Below, piece by piece: positions 56,652 to 64,000 of a stretch of DNA of 64,000 nt (the stretch's first letter is position 1; every line of letters begins with the position of its first letter). The notes under the pieces were generated by a model. That model did no database searches. It was not told the DNA's origin and saw nothing but the letters and a program-made list of their open reading frames with translations. Both the position numbers and the translations under genes were made by a program. The stretch is from sequence record LR756504.1, one strand, 5' to 3'.

Positions 56652-58589
56652 TTAACTCAAATCATGTTTATAAACTCTTACATACCATTCAACTATTAAT
56701 TGAATCTGTCTCTTAGTATATCCCAAGTTTTCCATTCTTGATATGAAGCTTTCGTGTTTCTTCTTATCATCAGTGCTATTTTTAGGTGAGAAAGAAATAA
56801 CAGGTAGCAAATCTTCTGTATTAGTGAAAATTCTCTTTTCTATAACAGTTCTTATTTTTTCAAAAGCATTCCATTTTGGAGATTTACCACTATTATTTGC
56901 TCTATATCTGTATGTAAAATTAACAGTTTCATGTCTGAAATCTTTAGGATTTACAATACCTGCTGGTTTCTCCATTTTCTCTAATTCCGAATTAAGAGTT
57001 TCTCTATTCATCATAGCATTAGTTTCAGGATCTCTAAAATCATTATCTTGAATCCAATTATCAGCATAAGCAACATATCTTTCAAATAGATTTTGACCAT
57101 AATCAGAATAAGATTCAACATAAGCTCTTTGAATTTCATTACCAATATATTGAACGTAATCAGAAACAATATGTGTTTTTAGATAATCTAAATATTTACC
57201 TTCTACTTCTTTTGCTAATTGTAATTTTTGCACTTCTTTTTCCAACACATAAAATAAATGAATTGGGTTAGCAGAAATTTCATGTTGATCATAATTAAAT
57301 ACTTTAGATAGAACTTTATAAGCAAAACGTGTTGATAAACCATTCATACCTTCATTCAAACCTGCATAATCTTTATATTCTTGTAATGATTTTGCTTTTG
57401 GATCTTTATCTTTTAAATTCTCACCATTATATACTCTAAGCTTAGAAAAAATATTCGAATTCTCAGGCTCAACCAAACGAGTCATGATAATAAACTTAGC
57501 AAGTAAATCAAGTGTCTTTGGTGCGCAAGACGCTTTTGATAATGATGAGTGTGCCAAAATCTTTTCGTAAATTTTTACTTCTTCATCAACACGTGAACAA
57601 TATGGTACTCTTACTACGTTAATACGATCTAAGAAAGCTTCATTCTTCTTATCTCTTACAAAGAGCTCCCATTCTGACTCATTCGAATGGGCCATGATAA
57701 TACCCTGGTATGGAATTGCGGGTAGCCCTTCAGTTCCTTTAAAATTTCCTTCTTGTGTTGCAGTTAATAATGGATGTAACGTTTTAATTGGAGCTTTAAA
57801 CATCTCAACAAACTCTAAGATTCCTTGGTTTGCTCTACACAAGCCGCCAGAATATGAATAGCAATCAGGATCATCTTGACTGAAATGTGCAAGTTTTCTA
57901 ATATCTACTTTACCAACAAGAGATGATATATCAGAATTGTTTTCATCACCTGGTTCTACTTTTGCTATTCCAACTTGATGTTGAATACTTGGATACATTT
58001 CAATTACTTTTATTTTAGATAAATCATAATCAATTTCATCTAATCTTTTAGTAAGCCACGGAGACATACAAGATGGAATATATCTTTTATTAATTCCGTA
58101 TTCATCCAATAACATTTTAGAATCTTCATCTGATGAGAAAATACCAAATGGTGATTCAAATACAGGTGATGTTTCTTCACCAACTTTAACCACATAAATA
58201 GGACATTTTTCCATCAAGCTTTTTATTTTCTCAGCTAAAGAAGATTTACCACCACCAACTGGACCCAAAAGATATAGAACTTGTTTCTTTTCTTCCAGGC
58301 CTTGTGAAGCATGTCTAAAGAAACCAACAATTTGTTCTATAGTATCTTCCATACCATAAAATTCTCTAAAAGCTGGATATCTTTTGATAATTTTATTGAA
58401 GAATAATCTAGATAATCTAGGATCATCTTTGGTATCTATAGTTTCTTCACTACCTATTGCTTCCAATAACCTCTCAGCAGGAAGCGAATACCATTTGTCT
58501 GATTTCTTACACAAGTCCAAATATTCTAGCAATGAAAATTCTTTTGGTACATGTAAGTGACGATTTTTGTAGTCTTTTAGTATTGACAT
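56652..58589 (-). CDS. prkA: PrkA/YeaG-family AAA+ ATPase
   Basis: Walker A GPVGGGKS, YSYSGGLCRANQGILEFVEMFKAP, C-terminal DLLPVISF...RMENLGYT. Confidence 0.96.
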   Translation of the reverse strand: MSILKDYKNRHLHVPKEFSLLEYLDLCKKSDKWYSLPAERLLEAIGSEETIDTKDDPRLSRLFFNKIIKRYPAFREFYGMEDTIEQIVGFFRHASQGLEEKKQVLYLLGPVGGGKSSLAEKIKSLMEKCPIYVVKVGEETSPVFESPFGIFSSDEDSKMLLDEYGINKRYIPSCMSPWLTKRLDEIDYDLSKIKVIEMYPSIQHQVGIAKVEPGDENNSDISSLVGKVDIRKLAHFSQDDPDCYSYSGGLCRANQGILEFVEMFKAPIKTLHPLLTATQEGNFKGTEGLPAIPYQGIIMAHSNESEWELFVRDKKNEAFLDRINVVRVPYCSRVDEEVKIYEKILAHSSLSKASCAPKTLDLLAKFIIMTRLVEPENSNIFSKLRVYNGENLKDKDPKAKSLQEYKDYAGLNEGMNGLSTRFAYKVLSKVFNYDQHEISANPIHLFYVLEKEVQKLQLAKEVEGKYLDYLKTHIVSDYVQYIGNEIQRAYVESYSDYGQNLFERYVAYADNWIQDNDFRDPETNAMMNRETLNSELEKMEKPAGIVNPKDFRHETVNFTYRYRANNSGKSPKWNAFEKIRTVIEKRIFTNTEDLLPVISFSPKNSTDDKKKHESFISRMENLGYTKRQIQLIVEWYVRVYKHDLS

Positions 58590-58696
58590 AATTAAATCTT
58601 TAAATATTTTTTGTTTGCACTTTTACTTTTATTAAAAAAAGTGAAAATGTTTGAAAAATATGTATTAAAAAATTAAGTTTTCCTAATATATACTAT

Positions 58697-59095
58697 ATGA
58701 AAAATATACAAAGTTTTAAAGAATTCTTAAACGAAAGTATTCAATTCGATGATATTGAATCTATTTTACGTAAAACTGCGAATGGAACTAAGATTATAAT
58801 AACAAAACATAATGAAGATAAAGACAGGGTTGTATATTATCGTGGATTTAGAAATGGTAAACATTGGGCTAATTATTCACCACAATTTAAACCATATCAA
58901 AATGATATTGTGATATTTCCTAGTAAACAAGTAAATATCATAGAAATAAATAAAAATTATGTGGAGACGAAAGGAGAGTTCAAAGATAGAATTGAAATTA
59001 TGAAAGAACTCGATATTGAAAAAAAGAATAAAGAAAAAGAACAAATATATAGAGATGCTTATCTACATTCTAAAAAGTATCCAAATGTTGACTAA
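58697..59095 (+). CDS. Putative virion-internal protein (CTS-like N-terminus)
   Basis: MKNIQSFKEFLNES; TAATATATA (58684-58692) 4 nt upstream. Confidence 0.65.
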   Translation: MKNIQSFKEFLNESIQFDDIESILRKTANGTKIIITKHNEDKDRVVYYRGFRNGKHWANYSPQFKPYQNDIVIFPSKQVNIIEINKNYVETKGEFKDRIEIMKELDIEKKNKEKEQIYRDAYLHSKKYPNVD

Positions 59096-59141
59096 AAATA
59101 TTACTACACGTTTAATATATACAAAAAACATTAACTAAATA

Positions 59142-59426
59142 ATGAAATATTTAAAGAAATATAACACTTTTTTAAATGAAAATAAAAGTGAGTCTAAAAT
59201 CGAAGATGTACTAAGTCTTCAGAAAAGTATACATACTAATAAATATCATACTTACTCTAAAGATGAATTGTGTAATATGGGCGAAAAAGAGTTGGATGAT
59301 ATAATATTAGATTTAAAGGCTGTTGTAGCATCAATAGGAGAAGAAGATAGTAATTTCATACAAAGTCCATACAATCCAAATTTACCATCAGAAATAGCAT
59401 CAGGTAAAATAGAAAATGGACTGTAG
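59142..59426 (+). CDS. Putative virion-internal protein (CTS-like N-terminus)
   Basis: MKYLKKYNTFLNEN; TAATATATA at 59113-59121. Confidence 0.65.
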   Translation: MKYLKKYNTFLNENKSESKIEDVLSLQKSIHTNKYHTYSKDELCNMGEKELDDIILDLKAVVASIGEEDSNFIQSPYNPNLPSEIASGKIENGL

Positions 59427-59448
59427 TCTATAAAAAATAACTCTTTTT

Positions 59449-61992
59449 GTGAAAAGAATAAAATCGTTTAGAGATTACAATTTGCTTTTAGAAAAATTGA
59501 AATTAAGTGAAGTTAGAAACTTAGTTAAAAATTGGAAAGAGGCTGGTGGTGATAAAAGATATGATGAAATATTTAAAGGTAAGCATAGAATACTTATCCC
59601 ATTCCAACCTATGGTATCACCTATTCAAATACAAGTACTTAAATTTTTAAAGGAACATGGATATGTGGATATTGATTATATTGAAGGTAATTGTAAAGAT
59701 TCTAAAAACCCAAATCAACAACCAAAAATTAGCAAGATTTTAGCAAGATTTAATCCAGAATTAAAATCTAAATATGATAATGATAGAGAAAAAGCTAAAC
59801 GCGCACAAGGAGATTTAACTATAGTTGTATCTAGACATGCTTATGATATTGCATCAATGACCACTGATAGAAAGTGGCATAATACATCATGTATGGAGTT
59901 TAGAACAGGTTCTAATAGAACTTACGTCACTAATGATGTTATGGAAGGCTCTTTAGTAACATATTTAATTAATAAGTCAGATAAAAATATTGAACATCCT
60001 TTAGCTAGACTTCTAATAAAACCATTCGTTAGTACTGATGATGGTAAAGTTATTTTATGGACAGAAGATAGAATATATGGTGATAATGTTAATGGATATA
60101 AAGAAAGTGTTGAAAAATGGCTAAGAAATATTCAACCAAATATTGTCGGTAATTTTAGACTTCATCATAAACTTTATTCTGATAGTAGTACTGATAGAAC
60201 TTTCTATCAATGGTTTAATGATTATGATGATGTGTATAAAAATACCTATAATGATATATTTTTTGTATATAAAGATGGTAAATGTGGCATGGTTAATAAA
60301 TATAATGATATTATAATACCATTAATATATGATAATATCATTGAAACCATATACGGTGGTACTATAATGATATGTATAAAAGACGGTAAGTATGGATTAA
60401 TTAATAATAGAGGTGAAATAATTTTAGAATGTGATTATGATAGTATTGATATTCCTAACGATAGTTATGATTATCTTATTCTTTTAAAGAAAAATAGAAA
60501 ATATGGATTTATTAAATTAAATGGTAATGGTAATGGTAATATATTACTTAAAACAGAACCAATGTATGAATTCTTAGAATACATAACAGGTACTAAGTAT
60601 TTAATATTCAGAGATAATGGTAAATATGGTATAATCAATATGAATAACACTATATTACTACCACCTACTTATGATAAAATTTCAAAAAATTATTCATTTA
60701 AAATTGGTGATAAAATTGGTTTATTAGATAGAGATACATTTAAGAGTGAAGTAATTATAGATTCTTCTATAGCCGATGAAATTAAATATAAATGGGGTGA
60801 TGATTTCGCAATTCAAAAAAATGAAAAAATTGGATTAATATCCGCTGATGGTAAAATTCTTATTCCTTGTGAGTATAATAAATTCGCAAATTATAGAGAT
60901 ATTAATAATGGTATTGTTATAGTTTTAAAAGATGATATGTATGGAATTTATTCTTGTAACGATATGAAAGAATTATTACCGTGTGAGTATATAAACATAA
61001 CTGATAGTAAAAATAATACATTCCTTATTCAAAATAGTTCCGAGAAATGGGGAGTATTCACTAACTATAAAATAATTGTACCATGTAAATATACATCATT
61101 GGATATGAGAAATTATCCTATGGCACAAGCATATCTAAGTACTACGGATAATGAACAGACTATAAATGTATTAACTGGTAAAATTGCTAATATTAAAATT
61201 CAAAATATAATAAACAATGATGCTGTTATATTTACTAATTCTAATAATACTGAAAATAAATATGGCGTTTGTAATAAAAACTTAGATATTATAATTCCTG
61301 ATAAATGGTATTACATTCAATATTTTCAATCATTCGCATCAATTTATGATAAACCATGTTTCAAAGTTTATAAAACTGATGATACATTCGGTATAATGAC
61401 TATCGATAATGAATTCATATTACCATGTGAATACAGTCAAATACTAAAAATAACAAATGGTGTTTTTTCACTTAAAAATTCTACTAGTAAGAAATGTAAA
61501 TTAATTAAATTACCAAGTTGTGAAACTATTTTAGATTATAAATTTGATTCTATCAGAGGTAATGGTAATGATAGCGAAAAGATATTTATAGTTGGTGAAA
61601 ATAATAAATATTCATTATTTAATACTGAAACAAAAGAAATAACAAATAAATATGATGATATATCATTATTTTTAAATGATAAAGCATCTTTTTATAAAGG
61701 AATAACGTATAGCAATATAGAATATGTGAAATTATTAATGTTTAAAAATAATAAATTTATAGAATCTATAAACACTTATCAACATATACAACCTTTATCA
61801 GTTAGAAACAATAGAATTGTATTTGTATTTTGTTTTACAACTGATAAAATTGCATTGAGAGATATTTACGATAATGAAGGTAATCTATTATTTAAAAATT
61901 GTTTTGATATTCAAGTTAATGATAATTTTATAACAATTAAACAAAACGAAGGAGATGAACCAATTCAATATAAAATTGATGATTTATTATAA
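59449..61992 (+). CDS. WG-repeat protein with CTS-like N-terminus and an unassigned N-terminal domain
   Basis: GTG start MKRIKSFRDYNLLLEK; more than 8 K(Y/W/C/I)G(L/I/V)...G.II.P..Y..I repeats. Confidence 0.8.
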   Translation: MKRIKSFRDYNLLLEKLKLSEVRNLVKNWKEAGGDKRYDEIFKGKHRILIPFQPMVSPIQIQVLKFLKEHGYVDIDYIEGNCKDSKNPNQQPKISKILARFNPELKSKYDNDREKAKRAQGDLTIVVSRHAYDIASMTTDRKWHNTSCMEFRTGSNRTYVTNDVMEGSLVTYLINKSDKNIEHPLARLLIKPFVSTDDGKVILWTEDRIYGDNVNGYKESVEKWLRNIQPNIVGNFRLHHKLYSDSSTDRTFYQWFNDYDDVYKNTYNDIFFVYKDGKCGMVNKYNDIIIPLIYDNIIETIYGGTIMICIKDGKYGLINNRGEIILECDYDSIDIPNDSYDYLILLKKNRKYGFIKLNGNGNGNILLKTEPMYEFLEYITGTKYLIFRDNGKYGIINMNNTILLPPTYDKISKNYSFKIGDKIGLLDRDTFKSEVIIDSSIADEIKYKWGDDFAIQKNEKIGLISADGKILIPCEYNKFANYRDINNGIVIVLKDDMYGIYSCNDMKELLPCEYINITDSKNNTFLIQNSSEKWGVFTNYKIIVPCKYTSLDMRNYPMAQAYLSTTDNEQTINVLTGKIANIKIQNIINNDAVIFTNSNNTENKYGVCNKNLDIIIPDKWYYIQYFQSFASIYDKPCFKVYKTDDTFGIMTIDNEFILPCEYSQILKITNGVFSLKNSTSKKCKLIKLPSCETILDYKFDSIRGNGNDSEKIFIVGENNKYSLFNTETKEITNKYDDISLFLNDKASFYKGITYSNIEYVKLLMFKNNKFIESINTYQHIQPLSVRNNRIVFVFCFTTDKIALRDIYDNEGNLLFKNCFDIQVNDNFITIKQNEGDEPIQYKIDDLL

Positions 61993-62520
61993 ATTAAATT
62001 TAATATTAGAACCATCCACTCTTGAGTAAACCATTTTAAAAACATCTATAGATAAAGAACTGATTATAGACTCATATTTTTTAGCTGTTCCCTTTTTTAA
62101 ATAAGCTATTGTAATGTGTGGATTATACGGAAATTGTAATGTATGTTCAAATGTATCTCTACAATCTTTGTTCAATCCTGTTAATGAATCAGAACTAACT
62201 TCAAATTTTAATACATCAAATTCTTCATTTTCAAAACAAGAAAGTTTATTAATATTTATTACAAAAGTTTTATAATTACTTATCAATTCTTTTAATATAT
62301 CTATATCTACTTTATCATCATGGAAACCATATAAAACACTTACATGTGGTTTAATAACTACACCATACCCATCTTCCTTATAAATATCCTCTGGCAAAAT
62401 ATTATCTTGTACATATTTTAATGTAGGTACTATGCTATCTACAATAGCCATTAGACAAGAATATTTATATACCTTCTCTATACCATCACCACATTTACAA
62501 TAACCTTTAAACTCTCCCAT
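61987..62520 (-). CDS. Second 2H phosphoesterase (start revised to MGEFKGY)
   Basis: KPHVSVLYG and NPHITIAYLKKG; paralog of 1145..1699. Confidence 0.85.
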   Translation of the reverse strand: MGEFKGYCKCGDGIEKVYKYSCLMAIVDSIVPTLKYVQDNILPEDIYKEDGYGVVIKPHVSVLYGFHDDKVDIDILKELISNYKTFVININKLSCFENEEFDVLKFEVSSDSLTGLNKDCRDTFEHTLQFPYNPHITIAYLKKGTAKKYESIISSLSIDVFKMVYSRVDGSNIKFNL

Positions 62521-62521
62521 A

Positions 62522-62944
62522 TTACAAAAGATAATTTTTAACCGCTTGCCAATTAGTAAATTTTTCTTTACCAAAATGTATATGTTCTCCTTCAAAACCA
62601 ACATGTATATTATCATCTATAAGATAATTACCTTTTACCATAGATTTATCATAACATAAGATTAAATTCTTACAGAAATCTAAATCAAAATGTTTCTCTA
62701 CCCATACTCTTTTTTCTGTATAACATAATGGATTTTTATAAGAAGGTCTTGTTAAAATATAAACTTTATACTTTGTTCTTAACATATTAATCACATCAAT
62801 GGCATCTGGTAATGGTTCTAAACCAAGGAAAAATCCCCATTGAGATTGTGGATAAACAATTTCTGGATGTTTTTTTAAACGTAATTTAAAACTACTTGTG
62901 AAATCACAAATTGTATCATCTAAATCTATTAATACTGTTTCCAT
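62522..62944 (-). CDS. HAD-family 5'(3')-deoxyribonucleotidase (NT5C-like)
   Basis: IDLDDTICDF, ILTRP...EKRVWVEKHF, YLIDD. Confidence 0.9.
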   Translation of the reverse strand: METVLIDLDDTICDFTSSFKLRLKKHPEIVYPQSQWGFFLGLEPLPDAIDVINMLRTKYKVYILTRPSYKNPLCYTEKRVWVEKHFDLDFCKNLILCYDKSMVKGNYLIDDNIHVGFEGEHIHFGKEKFTNWQAVKNYLL

Positions 62945-62967
62945 TATTATTTATATATTTTCTTTAG

Positions 62968-62996
62968 ATTATAGAAAAATAATTTCTCAAAGTTTT
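62968..62996 (-). promoter_or_regulatory. Class-2 promoter
   Basis: AAAACTTTG-14 nt-TATAAT. Confidence 0.6.
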
Positions 62997-63051
62997 AAAA
63001 ATATGAAACAATTTTAATTTTATTTATATAATGTATAAATATTATCAAAAA

Positions 63052-63726
63052 ATGAGAGAACATACCGAAATTATTTGTCTGATTGACCGCTCAGGATCAA
63101 TGACACAGATTAAATCTGATGCTATAGGAGGATTTAATAGCTTTTTAACAGAACAAAAAACATTACCAGGTAGCGCAAGCTTAACATTAGCTCTATTTAG
63201 CAATAGATATGATATTGTGTATAATAATGCACCATTAGATACAATTGAACCTCTTACAGACAAAATATATAAAACGACAGGTACAACAGCTTTATTCTAT
63301 GCTATAGGAAAAACTATAGATAATGTAGGAATTAGACTTGCTAATACTAACGAAGATGAAAGGCCTAATAAAATTCTTTTCATTATTCTTACCGATGGTG
63401 AAGAAAATGCAAGCCATCATCAAGTTAATGAAAAAAATGAGCCTTTTTATACACAAGAAAAAATCAATTATATGATTACTCACCAAAGAGAAAATTATAA
63501 TTGGGAATTTGTCTTTTTAGCAGCTAACCAAGATGCTATGAAGGCTGCTGAAAATATTTCTATTTCAAGAGGTAATACAATGAACTTCTCTTCTACTAGT
63601 GATAGTATTAATACTGCCTATTCGAATGTTAGTAAAATGTCTATGAGATATAGAGCAGCTAGAGTTCAAAGCGTATCAAACGGTAATTTATTCGATGATG
63701 ATGAACAAGATGCTACTACAAAATGA
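63052..63726 (+). CDS. vWA-domain protein
   Basis: MIDAS DRSGS, T, TDGEEN; TATAAATA at 63034-63041 favours the start at 63052 over 63031. Confidence 0.9.
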   Translation: MREHTEIICLIDRSGSMTQIKSDAIGGFNSFLTEQKTLPGSASLTLALFSNRYDIVYNNAPLDTIEPLTDKIYKTTGTTALFYAIGKTIDNVGIRLANTNEDERPNKILFIILTDGEENASHHQVNEKNEPFYTQEKINYMITHQRENYNWEFVFLAANQDAMKAAENISISRGNTMNFSSTSDSINTAYSNVSKMSMRYRAARVQSVSNGNLFDDDEQDATTK

Positions 63727-63729
63727 TAT

Positions 63730-63759
63730 AAAAAAAGGGAGTTAAAACTCCCTTTTTTT
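63730..63759. terminator. Bidirectional terminator
   Basis: aaaaaaagggagtt-aa-aactccctttttt. Confidence 0.9.
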
Positions 63760-63775
63760 ATGATTTTTAATAAAT

Positions 63776-64000
63776 TTAATTCAATCTCACTATAAAAAAT
63801 TTAGTATTCGGATATAGTGTTTTATTTTTAACTTGCATTACACCAAATCCTTTACTATCCTGATGTGAAGAGTATAATAAATAACCTGTTTTATCCTCAC
63901 CACATATTACACCACAATGACCATTAATAAACCCCATATCAGTTGACCAGTATTGTACAATATCTCCTATTTTTACATCGGAAGGTGAAACCCATCGAGC
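63776..64000 (-). CDS. Partial papain-fold (NlpC/P60/CHAP-like) protein, 5' end outside window
   Basis: ...KIGDIVQYW...NGHCGVI...SSH...; catalytic Cys not visible in the window. Confidence 0.45.
   Translation of the reverse strand, partial: ARWVSPSDVKIGDIVQYWSTDMGFINGHCGVICGEDKTGYLLYSSHQDSKGFGVMQVKNKTLYPNTKFFIVRLN

Noticed and set aside
50167-58589. Sporulation function or spore-forming host
   Set aside because: The trio is widespread in non-sporulating bacteria, and promoter signals point to Bacteroidota
1-64000. Bacterial chromosome origin (fusA, infC, cca, prkA present)
   Set aside because: These genes lack their ribosomal-operon neighbours and sit among tail-fibre genes and dense small ORFs with phage-type late motifs
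1-64000. Genome-wide stop-codon reassignment (TAG or TGA)
   Set aside because: All long conserved genes are intact in code 11; TGA ends many genes in ATGA overlaps, and TAG ends tnpB, 31526 and 59142
1-64000. CRISPR array
   Set aside because: No regularly spaced 25-45-nt repeats with unique spacers seen in any intergenic gap
1-64000. Eukaryotic giant virus (NCLDV) origin
   Set aside because: Bacterial-type EF-G and IF3, coupled operons, intrinsic terminators and Bacteroidota promoters argue for a bacteriophage

Overview
Strongly AT-rich, densely coding 64-kb segment of a large (jumbo/huge-type) tailed dsDNA phage, most likely infecting Bacteroidota. Host evidence: about 10 TTTG-N19/20-TAnnTTTG promoters, no obvious Shine-Dalgarno motifs, and Bacteroidota-like EF-G and IF3. 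Standard code 11 fits all long genes. Contents: (i) many small accessory ORFs in both orientations, separated by bidirectional terminators; (ii) translation/tRNA functions: EF-G preceded by a leader-peptide attenuator, IF3 coupled to two ACP-fold proteins whose phosphopantetheine Ser is replaced by Glu, a CCA-adding enzyme and an atypical tRNA-Ile(GAU); (iii) an IS607-family element (TnpA plus zinc-finger-less TnpB); (iv) a 14-kb tail fibre/virion gene block (27478-41360); (v) a dispersed PrkA(YeaG)-YeaH-SpoVR module with a 129-aa mini-intein in SpoVR and two orphan amino-methyltransferases inserted; (vi) two 2H phosphoesterases, a DEDDh exonuclease, a J-domain protein, an HAD nucleotidase, a vWA protein and a WG-repeat protein. 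Window-wide patterns: three promoter classes that often place the start codon only 3-5 nt downstream (probably leaderless mRNAs), a T4-CTS-like N-terminal tag on about 12 late proteins, and a shared C-terminal RKxRIxxL tag on about 10 unrelated small proteins. All calls come from motif reading; no database searches or folding programs were run.
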